A DNA stretch of 64,000 nucleotides from Myxococcota bacterium (GTDB taxonomy: Bacteria; Myxococcota_A; UBA796; CAJQPC01), in contig JAZAMN010000039.1 of assembly GCA_036229005.1 (NCBI GenBank), positions 1 to 64,000 on the forward strand. The letters run 5' to 3'. The position numbers and the translations under genes were made by a program. Positions 1-9,541 of the stretch are shown piece after piece (the first letter of the stretch is position 1; each line of letters opens with the position of its first letter). A model generated the notes under the pieces. The model saw only the letters and a list, made by a program, of their open reading frames with translations, was not told where the DNA came from and searched no databases.

Positions 1-1156
1 CGGCCAGGGTGGGGGCGCTGGGTTCGTCCACTGGGGGGCGCTGGGGCTGGGAGGCGGAGCGCTCGACGGCGGTGTGATCGGTGGGGCCGGAGCCGGTCGG
101 CGAGCCGGTTGGCGAACTGGTCGGCGAGCCCGTTGGCGCGATGCTGGGGGAGGTGGGCGAGCGGGTCGCGGAGCGCGGCGTGTGGGGCCAGACCTGGCTG
201 TCGTGGAGCAGGTCCTCTCGCCGGGACTTGAGCAGCGGGGGGACCTTGGCGCGGGCGAAGCGGCGCAGGCTGGGGCCGGAGAGGCCCTCCAGGATCTCCT
301 CCAGGGTCTCCATGGCCTGGTGGGCGCTGGGGCGGGCTTCTTCGTCGAAGGCCAGCATGTCGTGGAGCAGGGCGGCGATCTGGCCGGTGGGGTCGCGCTC
401 GGGGCCCAGCAAGGAGAGCTGCTCGGCGAGCTTGGCGTCGAAGTGGGCGGGGGCCAGGGGCATGCGCTCGAAGCGCTGGGCCAGCAGGAGCTCCCAGAGG
501 GTGACGCCCAGGGCGTAGACGTCGGAGGCGTGCTCGGCGCGGATGTGCAGCCAGCGCTCGGGGGCCATGTAGCGGCCGGTGCCGTACTGGGTGGACTGGG
601 TGTGGGCCTCGCGCTCGAAGTCCGCGCGGGCGACGCCGAAGTCCATGACCTTGACCGTGCCCTCGACGCTGATCATCAGGTTGGCGGGCTTGAGGTCGCG
701 GTGCACCACCCGCAGAGGACGGCCGGTCTCTGGGGAGGGCTGGTTCCAGGCGGCGTCCAGGGCGGCGCAGGCGCGCTCCAGCATGGCCACGGCGACCTTT
801 GGGGGCAGGCCCTTGGGGTGCTTGGCGAGCAGGGCCCCGGCGTCGATGCCGTTGACGTACTCCATGAACACGGCCCAGCGCTCGTCCAGGCGGGTGAGGG
901 CGTGGACGGCCACGACGTGATCGTGGTGGAGCTGGGACATCAGGCGGGCCTCGTCCCGGGCGCGGGCGGCCAGGTCTTCGTCCAGCTCAAGGTCGGCGTG
1001 CAGGAGCTTGATGGCCTGCTTGTGGGTCAGGCCGTCGGGGGTGCGCACCTCGGCCAGATAGACCGCGCCGAAGCCACCGCGACCAAGGGGCGCGATGAAG
1101 CGGATCTGACGTCCCGTGGGGTCGGTGAGGTGTGGGTCGACGGCGGACTCCCCCAA
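1..1156 (-). CDS. Ser/Thr protein kinase (Hanks type); C-terminus runs off the window
   Basis: Manual translation (absent from the ORF track): LGRGGFGAVY, AIKLL, HRDLKPANLM, DFG, GTGRYMAPE. Probable TTG start at 1156. Pro/Ser/Thr-rich linker follows the kinase domain. Confidence 0.9.
   Translation of the reverse strand, partial: MGESAVDPHLTDPTGRQIRFIAPLGRGGFGAVYLAEVRTPDGLTHKQAIKLLHADLELDEDLAARARDEARLMSQLHHDHVVAVHALTRLDERWAVFMEYVNGIDAGALLAKHPKGLPPKVAVAMLERACAALDAAWNQPSPETGRPLRVVHRDLKPANLMISVEGTVKVMDFGVARADFEREAHTQSTQYGTGRYMAPERWLHIRAEHASDVYALGVTLWELLLAQRFERMPLAPAHFDAKLAEQLSLLGPERDPTGQIAALLHDMLAFDEEARPSAHQAMETLEEILEGLSGPSLRRFARAKVPPLLKSRREDLLHDSQVWPHTPRSATRSPTSPSIAPTGSPTSSPTGSPTGSGPTDHTAVERSASQPQRPPVDEPSAPTLA
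89..138 (-). repeat. About 4 degenerate 12-bp tandem repeats encoding (SPTG)n in the kinase linker
   Basis: ggagccggtcggcgagccggttggcgaactggtcggcgagcccgttggcg. Confidence 0.6.
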
Positions 1157-1169
1157 GTGAGGGGCCAGT

Positions 1170-2012
1170 CTATCCCAGGTGGGTCTCGGCGAAGGCCAGC
1201 AGGCGATCCGCGAGGGCGCGGGGGCGCTCGGACATGGGCGCGTGGCCGAAGTTCTCGGGCTCTTCGACCGCGGCGTGCTCGGGCAGGTGCTCGCGGAACC
1301 ACTCGAAGCAGGCCCGGGGGAAGAGCTGCTCGTGGCTGCCCCAGAGCAGGAGCACGGGCATCTGCAGGCCCTGGAGCTCGCTCTCGCTCAGGGTGTCGTG
1401 GCTGCCCAGGGTCTCGATGAAGGCGCGGACGGAGACCTGGTTCATGCGGCGGCGCACCCGGAGGGCCACCAGGTGGGCCAGGGGTCCCAGGGGGAGACTC
1501 TTGCCGTCGTTGACCAGGGAGAGGGCGTCGCGATGGCTGTCCACCTTGAAGCGGGCCATCAGCGCGTCGAAGTCGGCGGCCGGGAGGAAGCCGCCCCCAG
1601 GGCTGGAGACGGCCAGGGCGGAGACCATCTCAGGGCGGGTGGAGGCGTAGCGGATGGCGCCGTAGCCGCCCAGGGAGTTGCCGAAGAGCATGGCCGGCGC
1701 GTCCAGGATCTGGTCCAGAGCCTGACCCAGCGAGCGGTTGGCGACGTCCCCGGTCAGCCCCTCCAGAGGCTTGTGGGAGTCGCCGTGGCCCAGCAGGTCC
1801 GGCAGGATGATCCGGGCGAAGCGGTGGCGCAGGCGCGGCAGCAGGCTGGAGAAGATGCTCGCGTCGGCGCTCAGGCCGTGGACGAGCACCAGGTTGCCGT
1901 GGCCCTGTCCGGGGGTCTCGAAGACGTTGAGGGGGCCCCAGTCGGTGTCCACGTGGGTCGCGGTGAGGCGGGGTCGGTTGGTCGCGCCGAGGCGCTCCAG
2001 GAAGCTGCTCAT
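1170..2012 (-). CDS. Alpha/beta fold hydrolase
   Basis: LVHGL oxyanion motif, DLLGHGDS, GNSLG nucleophile elbow, C-terminal GHAP. Confidence 0.88.
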   Translation of the reverse strand: MSSFLERLGATNRPRLTATHVDTDWGPLNVFETPGQGHGNLVLVHGLSADASIFSSLLPRLRHRFARIILPDLLGHGDSHKPLEGLTGDVANRSLGQALDQILDAPAMLFGNSLGGYGAIRYASTRPEMVSALAVSSPGGGFLPAADFDALMARFKVDSHRDALSLVNDGKSLPLGPLAHLVALRVRRRMNQVSVRAFIETLGSHDTLSESELQGLQMPVLLLWGSHEQLFPRACFEWFREHLPEHAAVEEPENFGHAPMSERPRALADRLLAFAETHLG

Positions 2013-2067
2013 GGAGGCAACTTACCATCCCGTAACTTGGGCCGCAGGTGACATTCGCGTCGCGGGG

Positions 2068-3174
2068 TCAGTCAGGGGGCGACCAGCTCCACAGCGCCGC
2101 GCGCGTGTCCAGGGTCTCCGCGGGGTGTGGGAAGCTGCGGGTCTCCTCCAGGGGCTGGATCGCGCGCAGCCAGGGCAGCCCGGGGAGGGCCTCGGGGTCG
2201 GCGGCCCAGGCCCGCTGGAGGGTGCCGCTGACCGCCTCTCCGGCCAGGAAGGCCTGCACGGGCTCCTGGCTGCGGGTGACCTCGACGGGGCCGAAGCCGG
2301 TGCGTTGTTTGGCTTTGATCCCGCTGTGGGCGGTGGACTCGGTTGCCATGGCGGCCAGCTCCATCAGCAGCTCGGGCAATAGCTGCTCGCTCACGGCGGG
2401 GGGCAGGGCGTCGCGGCACACGACCTCGCGGTCCACCTGCACGCAGTCGGCGGTGCTCTGGGCGCCCCGGTCGGCTGGCCTGAAGGTGGTGGTCTGCTTC
2501 CGCAGGCGGGCCCCCGAGACGGTGAAGGCCGAGCGGCTGGCCACCAGCCCATCCTGGGTCCAGCGGCCCTCCACGTACCAGGCGCTGGGGCTGAGCAGGA
2601 CGCGACCCTTGGGGACGGAGCCCGCGCCGCCGCCGCCCGGCGTGACCTCCATCAGCTCCAGGCGCTGCTCGTCGCGCACGCGGCCCTTGGAGTCCGAGGT
2701 GCGGGCCATCATCACCAGGCCTTCGCTCAGGTAGAGGGGGCCGATGGGCTGGGTGAAGCCCTGCTCGACCAGCCAGCCGCCGGTGGGGCGCTCGTCGCTG
2801 CGGGTGCTGGCGTAGCGCCAGGTCTGGGTCCCGGCGTCCACGCGCCCGTCCACGGGGCCCAGCTCGCGCGCGGGGGCGACCGCGGGGACCACAGGCAGCA
2901 GCAGGGTCTGGGACAGGGCGGGGTGCTCCAGGGGCAGGCCGTCGCTGTCGCTCGCGGAGATCGCCAGCCAGATGCGCTCGGGCTCGATGGCGACTACCTG
3001 CAGGTCCACGATGACGCTGGCCTCGAGCAGCCGCAGCTCCTCCCAGCCGTCTCGGAAGTCCTCGCGGTGGCGGGTGAAGCGGTAGCTCAGGCGGTCACCG
3101 ACCTGGGCGTCCTGGAAGGTGGAGACCGGGGGGGCGCTGGGGGTGCAACCCAGGGCAACCAGGAGCGGAATCAC
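2068..3174 (-). CDS. Hypothetical lipoprotein
   Basis: GTG start overlaps the upstream stop (GTGA). MIPLLVALGC lipobox. Corresponds to the 3' part of ORF 2068..3618. Confidence 0.65.
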   Translation of the reverse strand: MIPLLVALGCTPSAPPVSTFQDAQVGDRLSYRFTRHREDFRDGWEELRLLEASVIVDLQVVAIEPERIWLAISASDSDGLPLEHPALSQTLLLPVVPAVAPARELGPVDGRVDAGTQTWRYASTRSDERPTGGWLVEQGFTQPIGPLYLSEGLVMMARTSDSKGRVRDEQRLELMEVTPGGGGAGSVPKGRVLLSPSAWYVEGRWTQDGLVASRSAFTVSGARLRKQTTTFRPADRGAQSTADCVQVDREVVCRDALPPAVSEQLLPELLMELAAMATESTAHSGIKAKQRTGFGPVEVTRSQEPVQAFLAGEAVSGTLQRAWAADPEALPGLPWLRAIQPLEETRSFPHPAETLDTRAALWSWSPPD

Positions 3175-4463
3175 AGGCTGTCTCCGGTGCGCAGCAGCCA
3201 CATCTCGCCGGCGCCGTCCAGCTCGGTCTGGTTGGAGAGGGGGCAGCCCACCAGCACCTCGTCCAGGCCGTCGCCGTCCAGGTCTCCGGGGCAGGAGACG
3301 TAGAGGATCCAGCCGGCCTTGGGGGAGTGCTGCCAGATCTGGAAGTTGGACTCGGTGTCCGGCGCGCTCAGGCCGTAGATGCGGCCGTCGTTGTTCTGGA
3401 GCACGCCCACCGTGGGCCGCGCCGCGAACAGCAGGTCCTGGAGTCCGTCGCCGTCCAGGTCGTTGCAGGCGTCCAGGCTGTGGCCGAACACGCCGGCGTT
3501 CCGGGCCAGCCCGGAGCCATCCAGGCTCGCGTAGCGCAGCAGCCCGCTGGCGGTCTCGAAGTCGTCCATGTCGATGTCGCTGCCGTCCAGGGACAGGCTT
3601 CGGCCGCGCACCTGCCACATCTTCTCGGGCTCGTCGGCCAGATCCCGCCGCCGGGCGCCGGAGATGATCAGGTCCTCTTGCCCGTCGTGGTCCAGGTCGA
3701 TGGCCGTGAGCGAGGTGCCGAACCAGGCCCCATCCGGCCCGTAGAGGGTCTGCAGCACGGCGGGGCGCCGATCCTGCCAGCGCACCACCACCACCTTGGG
3801 TTCGTCGGCGTCAGGCTGCGCCAGGGCCAGCTCGTCCACGCCGTCGCTGTCCAGGTCCACCAGGGCCAGGTCGGCGTGGGGGCCTTCGATGGTCACGCTG
3901 CTGGGGGCGCTCGAGCTGCCCATCGAGACCACCCAGGCCTTGTCCAGGGTCGCGATCGCCAGGTCCAGCACGCCGTCTCCGTCCACGTCGCCGGAGTCGA
4001 CCGCGATGACCTCGCCGGTGCCCAGGTTGCGACGCAGTGAGGGGGCGATGGGGTCTTGGAGGAGTGCGGATCCCAGGTACAAGGAGACGGCCCCCACCTC
4101 TCCACACTCCAGGGGCTTCCTGCAGCCGATGGCATCCACGACGTCGGCGAGGCCATCCTGGTCCACATCGCCGATGCCGAGCACCTCGCCGGACTGCTGG
4201 GCGGTGTCGTCGAAGGAGAGGCCCTCCGGCAGGGGCAGGCGGGCGATGGCCTGGTCCACGGTGGGCGCCTGCTCCCCCAAAAAGTCCGCGCCGGAGAAGA
4301 TCAGCGTGCCCTCGACATCGCGGATGGCGAGATCCGGCACGCCGTCCCCGTCCACATCGCCGATTCGCGCGGGCTTCTTGCCCAGGGCGGCGCCCGCGCT
4401 GGCGCCCTCCACCCGGAGCTGGGTGTAGAAGGAGGGGCTGCAGGCGAGCAAGGTCAGGAACAC
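3171..4463 (-). CDS. FG-GAP / integrin-alpha-like repeat lipoprotein
   Basis: MFLTLLAC lipobox and multiple GDVDGDGxxDL Ca-binding repeats. Confidence 0.85.
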   Translation of the reverse strand: MFLTLLACSPSFYTQLRVEGASAGAALGKKPARIGDVDGDGVPDLAIRDVEGTLIFSGADFLGEQAPTVDQAIARLPLPEGLSFDDTAQQSGEVLGIGDVDQDGLADVVDAIGCRKPLECGEVGAVSLYLGSALLQDPIAPSLRRNLGTGEVIAVDSGDVDGDGVLDLAIATLDKAWVVSMGSSSAPSSVTIEGPHADLALVDLDSDGVDELALAQPDADEPKVVVVRWQDRRPAVLQTLYGPDGAWFGTSLTAIDLDHDGQEDLIISGARRRDLADEPEKMWQVRGRSLSLDGSDIDMDDFETASGLLRYASLDGSGLARNAGVFGHSLDACNDLDGDGLQDLLFAARPTVGVLQNNDGRIYGLSAPDTESNFQIWQHSPKAGWILYVSCPGDLDGDGLDEVLVGCPLSNQTELDGAGEMWLLRTGDSL

Positions 4464-4541
4464 AGCGGGATCCTAACCCGGGACCCGCGGCCCCGAGCGT
4501 GCCGGGGCGCTATCCTGGGTTGAAGCAGAGGGGTGTGTGGA

Positions 4542-4823
4542 ATGACGCTGTTTGTCCTGGTGGCGCTGTCGCTTGGGTGCGGTTGGGGAGGGGCCACGAC
4601 GGAGAGTGGAGACAGCCTCCCAGCGGATTCGCTCGGAGAGTCCGTCCCAGAGGACACCGACTGCTGTGAGTGCCATTCGCCCGCCGAGGCCTTCCTGGTG
4701 GAGGGCCTGGCATTCTGTGAGTGGATCTTCCAGGGGGAGGAGGCTTGCGGAGGGCCCTTTCCCTCAAGGGAGGCCTGCGAGGAGGAGGTCCGAGCGCTCG
4801 CGGCCGAAGCCGATGAGATCTGA
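4542..4823 (+). CDS. Small Cys-rich acidic lipoprotein
   Basis: MTLFVLVALSLGC lipobox, acidic linker, 6 further Cys. Confidence 0.6.
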   Translation: MTLFVLVALSLGCGWGGATTESGDSLPADSLGESVPEDTDCCECHSPAEAFLVEGLAFCEWIFQGEEACGGPFPSREACEEEVRALAAEADEI

Positions 4824-4838
4824 CACGGAGTTCATCTC

Positions 4839-5189
4839 ATGCGGCTGATCCTGTTCGCCATCGCCACTGGTTGCAGCAGCAGCGCAGACTGCATCACCCA
4901 AGAAGAGCTGGCCGAGCGCTCCCCCCAGGCCACCTGCACCCGCTTGAGCCAGTGTGGGCGAGAGGACTTCGACATGGACCTGTGCATCCGCGAGGCCACC
5001 GACTTTGCTACCGGCCTGCCGCCCAATGGGTGTTTCGGGGACTGCCTGGCCGGCCAGTGCCTCGCGGAGCAGGAGGCGAACCCCCACTGCGAAGGGGGCG
5101 AGTACATCGCGCCTGTCTGCTACGAGATGCGGTGGTCGTTGGAGTCGGGGGAGACCTGCGAGCCTGCGGACACGGGGGAGGCTGGCTGA
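4839..5189 (+). CDS. Small 10-Cys lipoprotein
   Basis: GGAG RBS, MRLILFAIATGC lipobox, 10 spaced Cys. Confidence 0.7.
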   Translation: MRLILFAIATGCSSSADCITQEELAERSPQATCTRLSQCGREDFDMDLCIREATDFATGLPPNGCFGDCLAGQCLAEQEANPHCEGGEYIAPVCYEMRWSLESGETCEPADTGEAG

Positions 5190-5261
5190 GGACACGCGTC
5201 CAGGCTGGCTGTCGCAGTTCGGGGGAACACGGTGGTTGACCGTGTTCCCCACCGCGGGGGG

Positions 5262-5651
5262 CTACTCAGAGCCGTCGCAGACGGTGAAGGGATCTGGGCT
5301 GGTGCACTGGGTTCCCAGTGAGTTCTGCGCCGTACAGGGCTCGTCCAGCCGGGCGAGGCACTCGGTGGCGGCGCAGGAGTCCAGGCAGCGTTCGTCCGAG
5401 TCCCACTGAGCCCAGGGGTCCTCCATGCACAGCTCGAACTCGTTCTCGTGGGCATCCGGGCAGCCCGCGTACCAGCGACACAGCGCCTCTTCGTACGCCT
5501 CCCGGAACTCCGCCTTGGACGCCCAGTCGTCGCTGCAGTCGTCGATCTGGGTGTCCGTGGGGGAGTCGTTGCTGGAGTCGACGGCGCTGTCTGTTGGCTG
5601 GGGCCAGAAGGGGAAGGCGCAGGCGAGCTGACACAGCACGAACCAGACCAT
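5262..5651 (-). CDS. Small 10-Cys lipoprotein, paralog of 4839..5189
   Basis: AGGAG RBS, MVWFVLCQLAC, same Cys spacing pattern as 4839..5189. Confidence 0.7.
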   Translation of the reverse strand: MVWFVLCQLACAFPFWPQPTDSAVDSSNDSPTDTQIDDCSDDWASKAEFREAYEEALCRWYAGCPDAHENEFELCMEDPWAQWDSDERCLDSCAATECLARLDEPCTAQNSLGTQCTSPDPFTVCDGSE

Positions 5652-5763
5652 GGCGTTTGTCTCCTGTGCGTCCCGGGGCACTGCTCGGCCCCCCGCAGAC
5701 AAGAGCATAGCAGCCGGGCTGCAGAGGCGCCTCCCGCGCTACCCTCCCCACACCGGAGGTCCC

Positions 5764-8022
5764 ATGCAGCCGCACCCCCCCGTCCACGACCTGCTCGCCA
5801 AGATGCGGGCGCTGCAGGCCTCGGATCTCTTCCTGACGCAGGATCGGCCGCCGGCCTACCGCATCCACGGGCAGCTCAAGGCGCTGGGCTGCGCGCCCAC
5901 GAGTGGGGAGCTGCTGGGCCGCTTCTTCGACGAGGTGCTGGAGACGCAGGCGCGCCAGGACGCGTTCCGGGACACGGGGGACGCGGACATCGGCCTGGGG
6001 CACCAGGGGGAGCGCTTCCGCCTGAACCTGGCCCGCTCGCAGGGGGGGCTGTCGCTGGTCGCGCGGCACATCCCGTCCGGCGCCCTGGAGATCGACAGCC
6101 TGGGGCTGCCCCAGGTCATCCATGACTTCGCGGAGGCCCGCCGGGGCTTGGTGCTGATCTGCGGCGCGACGGGCTCGGGCAAGAGCACGACGATGGCGGC
6201 GATGGTGCACCACATCAACCAGCAGCGCGCCTGTCACATCGTCACGATCGAAGACCCCATCGAGTTCACCCACCAGGACCTGCGCGCCCGCATCTCCCAG
6301 CGCGAGGTGGGGGTGGACACGCAGTCCTTCCACGCGGCCCTCAAGCATGTGGTGCGCCAGTCGCCGGACGTCATCGTGTTGGGCGAGCTGCGCGACGCGG
6401 AGACGGTGCAGGTGGCGGTGCAGGCCTCGCTGACCGGCCACCTGGTGCTGGCGAGCCTGCACACCCACGACGCCGCCCAGTCGCTGCGGCGGCTGCTGTC
6501 CTACGTGCCCGAGCACCAGCGCGGGCAGCTCGCCCTGGATCTCTCCCTGGCGCTGGTGGGGGTGTGCGCGCAGCGCCTGTGTCCGCGGGCCGATGGCAAG
6601 GGGCGGGTCGTGGCCACGGAGCTCCTCGCCTGCACGCCGCCAGTGCGAAAGCTGCTGAGGGAGCAGAAGGTCGAGGAGGTGGAGGATCTGCTGCGGGCCG
6701 CCAGGGACCCCTCCCTCCGCTCCTTCAATCGCCACCTGGTCGAGCTGTATCGGGACGGCAAGATCACCCACGAGGTCGGGCTGGCAATGGCCTCCAACCC
6801 CGACGAGTTCGCGCTGCACGCCAAGGGGATGGCGACGGGGGCGGCGACCTTCGATGCGACGGAGGGCACGGGCACCGAGCTGGACATGAAGGCGCTGCTG
6901 GCGTTGGTGCTGCACCGGGGGGCGAGCGACCTGCACCTGTGCGTGGGGCGGCCTCCGATCCTGCGGCGGGCGGGCAAGCTGGAGCCGGTGGGGGAGCGCA
7001 CCCTGAGCGTGGCCGAGATGCGGATGCTGCTGTTCTCGGTGATGAGCGGGCGGCAGCGCAGCCGCTACGAGCTGGAGCGGGACCTGGACTTCGCCCTGGC
7101 GATCGAGGGGGGCAAGCGCTTCCGCGTGAACGCCTACTGGCAGCGCGGGCAGATGGCGGCGTCCCTGCGGGCGATCAACGACCAGGTCCCGGATCCGGCG
7201 ACCCTGGGCATCCCCGAGAAGGTCATCGAGCTGGGCACGCGCCCCCACGGGCTGCTGCTGGTGGTGGGGCCGACGGGCTCCGGCAAGAGCACGACCCTGG
7301 CCTGCCTGGTGGACCGCATCAACCAGACCCGGGCCTGCCGCATCGTGACGGTCGAAGACCCCATCGAGTACGTGCACCACAGCCGACTGGCGACGGTGGA
7401 TCAGCGCGAGATTGGAGAGGACACCGTGGGTTTCGCGCAGGCGCTCCGCCACGTCCTGCGCCAGGACCCCGACGTCATCCTGGTCGGAGAGATGCGCGAT
7501 CTGGAGACCATCTCCGCCGCCCTGACCGCCGCCGAGACGGGCCACCTGGTGCTCGCGACCCTGCACTCCAACGACGCGCAGCAGGGCATCGACCGCATCA
7601 TCGACGTCTTCCCGCCCAACGCCCAGGCGCAGATCCGGGCGCAGCTCGGCGCGGGGCTGCTGGGCATCGTGTCGCAGCGCCTGCTCCCCCGGGCCGATGA
7701 CCCCAACAAGCGCACCGCCGTGTTCGAGGTCCTGGTGGGCACGCCGGCCATCCGCAACCTGATCCGCGAGAACAAGCTGCACCAGGCGATGACGCTGATG
7801 GAGACCTCGCGCCGGGACGGGATGATCACGCTGGACAAGGCTCTGGAGGAGGCCATTACGGCCGGCCGCATCACGCCGGAGGCCGCCGCCCCCTACATGC
7901 GCAACGCCCGGGCCAAGCTCATCGGCGCGGCCGCCCAGAGAGAGGCCCAGCAGCAGACCCAGCCCCAGGTCACAAGCGAGCCCCCCAAGCGCGGCGGCTT
8001 TGGCTGGGGGCGCAAGAAGTGA
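5764..8022 (+). CDS. pilT: Tandem double-domain PilT/PilU family type IV pilus retraction ATPase
   Basis: GGAGGT RBS. Two Walker A motifs (GATGSGKST, GPTGSGKST), two EDPIE Asp boxes, two Walker B/His boxes, AIRNLIRE in the second domain. Confidence 0.9.
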   Translation: MQPHPPVHDLLAKMRALQASDLFLTQDRPPAYRIHGQLKALGCAPTSGELLGRFFDEVLETQARQDAFRDTGDADIGLGHQGERFRLNLARSQGGLSLVARHIPSGALEIDSLGLPQVIHDFAEARRGLVLICGATGSGKSTTMAAMVHHINQQRACHIVTIEDPIEFTHQDLRARISQREVGVDTQSFHAALKHVVRQSPDVIVLGELRDAETVQVAVQASLTGHLVLASLHTHDAAQSLRRLLSYVPEHQRGQLALDLSLALVGVCAQRLCPRADGKGRVVATELLACTPPVRKLLREQKVEEVEDLLRAARDPSLRSFNRHLVELYRDGKITHEVGLAMASNPDEFALHAKGMATGAATFDATEGTGTELDMKALLALVLHRGASDLHLCVGRPPILRRAGKLEPVGERTLSVAEMRMLLFSVMSGRQRSRYELERDLDFALAIEGGKRFRVNAYWQRGQMAASLRAINDQVPDPATLGIPEKVIELGTRPHGLLLVVGPTGSGKSTTLACLVDRINQTRACRIVTVEDPIEYVHHSRLATVDQREIGEDTVGFAQALRHVLRQDPDVILVGEMRDLETISAALTAAETGHLVLATLHSNDAQQGIDRIIDVFPPNAQAQIRAQLGAGLLGIVSQRLLPRADDPNKRTAVFEVLVGTPAIRNLIRENKLHQAMTLMETSRRDGMITLDKALEEAITAGRITPEAAAPYMRNARAKLIGAAAQREAQQQTQPQVTSEPPKRGGFGWGRKK

Positions 8023-9482
8023 GCACCCCCCAAGGTGGCCTCAGCGCGCGCCTGCGCAGCCTCAAGCTCCCCCACGTGTTCGCCCTGCTGGCGATGGTGA
8101 CCGCCTTCGTGTCGGTGCTGTCCTGGGCGGTCCCCAGCGGCAGCTTTGAGCGGGAGGAGGTGCAGGTGGGGAGCCTGACCCGGGAGCTCGTCATCCCGGG
8201 CTCATTCTCTACGCTCGAGAAGCACCGCAGCCTCTCAGGACTCCTGCTCACCGGCGAGGTCCCCGAGGGCGCGGCCAGCCCCGTGTCGCTCCAGGGCCTG
8301 CTCTCCGCCATCCCCCGCGGGCTGGAGGACTCCGGCGACATCATCTTCTTCATCTTCGTGATGGGCGGCGTGTTCGGCATCCTGAGGGAGACGGGGACCA
8401 TCACCGCGACCCTGGGGTATCTGACCGAGCGCTTCGCCGACCGCGCCTGGCTGCTGGTGGTCGTGCTCTCGCTGCTGATGGGCGTCGGCGGCTCCACCCT
8501 GGGCATGGGCGAGGAGTTCATCCCCCTGGTGCCGGTGTTCCTGCTGCTGGCCAGCCGCCTGGGCTACGACCGCATCTTCGGCCTGTCGGTGGTGGTGCTC
8601 TCCAGCGGCGTGGGCTTCGCGGCGGCGACCACCAACCCCTTCACGGTGAACATCGCCCAGAAGATCGCCGGCCTGCCGCTCAATAGCGGGCTGGGCCTGC
8701 GCATCGGGCTCTTCGCGGTGTGCATCACCCTGAGCATCGTCCACATCCTGCGCTATGGGCGAAAGGTGAAGACCGACCCGATGTCCTCGCTGGTGGCCGA
8801 CAGTCCAGACCCGGCGTTGAAGCAGGAGGATCTCGGGGTGTTGGGCCCCCGGCATGTGGCCATCGTGATCACCTCGGCCCTGCTCTTTGTGGGCATCGTC
8901 TGGCAGGTGCAGCACGCGGGCTGGTGGCTGGACGACATGGCCGGCGGCTTCCTGCTGATGGGCGTGCTGGCGGCGGTCATTGGCGGGCTGGGCCTGCAGC
9001 GGGCGACCCTGGCCTTCGTGGAGGGCCTCAAGGAGATGGTCGTCGCGGCGCTGGTCGTGGGCTTCGCGCGGGCGATCGTGGTGGTGATGAACGACGCGCA
9101 GATCCTGGACACCCTCATCCACGCGGCGAGCTCGCTGCTGGAGGGCGTCGGGCCGCACCTGGCCGCCCTGGGGATGCTGCTCTTCCAGACCGTCCTGAAC
9201 TTCTTCATCCCCTCGGGCAGCGGGCAGGCCGCCGTGACCATGCCGCTGATGGCGCCCCTGGCCGACCTGCAGGGGCTGACCCGCCAGACCGCCGTGCTGG
9301 CCTTCCAGTGCGGGGACGGCTTCTCGAACATGGTGATCCCCACGTCCGGCAGCCTGATGGCGATGCTGCTGATGGCGCGGGTGCCCTACGAGCGCTGGAT
9401 CCGCTTTGTCATGCCGCTGATGGGCCAGCTTCTGCTGGTGTCGGTGGTGTTCCTGCTGCTGGCGGTGCAGCTCGGGTACTGA
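8019..9482 (+). CDS. YfcC / C4-dicarboxylate anaerobic carrier-like membrane transporter
   Basis: Multi-TM protein with GMGEE, NPFTV, PSGSGQA and GDGFSN motifs. Confidence 0.85.
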   Translation: MSTPQGGLSARLRSLKLPHVFALLAMVTAFVSVLSWAVPSGSFEREEVQVGSLTRELVIPGSFSTLEKHRSLSGLLLTGEVPEGAASPVSLQGLLSAIPRGLEDSGDIIFFIFVMGGVFGILRETGTITATLGYLTERFADRAWLLVVVLSLLMGVGGSTLGMGEEFIPLVPVFLLLASRLGYDRIFGLSVVVLSSGVGFAAATTNPFTVNIAQKIAGLPLNSGLGLRIGLFAVCITLSIVHILRYGRKVKTDPMSSLVADSPDPALKQEDLGVLGPRHVAIVITSALLFVGIVWQVQHAGWWLDDMAGGFLLMGVLAAVIGGLGLQRATLAFVEGLKEMVVAALVVGFARAIVVVMNDAQILDTLIHAASSLLEGVGPHLAALGMLLFQTVLNFFIPSGSGQAAVTMPLMAPLADLQGLTRQTAVLAFQCGDGFSNMVIPTSGSLMAMLLMARVPYERWIRFVMPLMGQLLLVSVVFLLLAVQLGY

Positions 9483-9541
9483 GCCTTGGGAACTGGGCGC
9501 GCAAGTCCGGGCCCCCCTTCGCCCAGCAGGGTGGAGGCCCC

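Noticed and set aside
4655..4680. CCECH (formally CxxCH) in the small lipoprotein
   Set aside because: It is a single motif in a Cys-rich protein with no cytochrome fold, so it is more likely disulfide Cys than a heme site.
4821..4841. TGA in frame with the next small lipoprotein ORF
   Set aside because: The downstream ORF has its own GGAG RBS and signal peptide, and there is no Cys/Sec context or SECIS.
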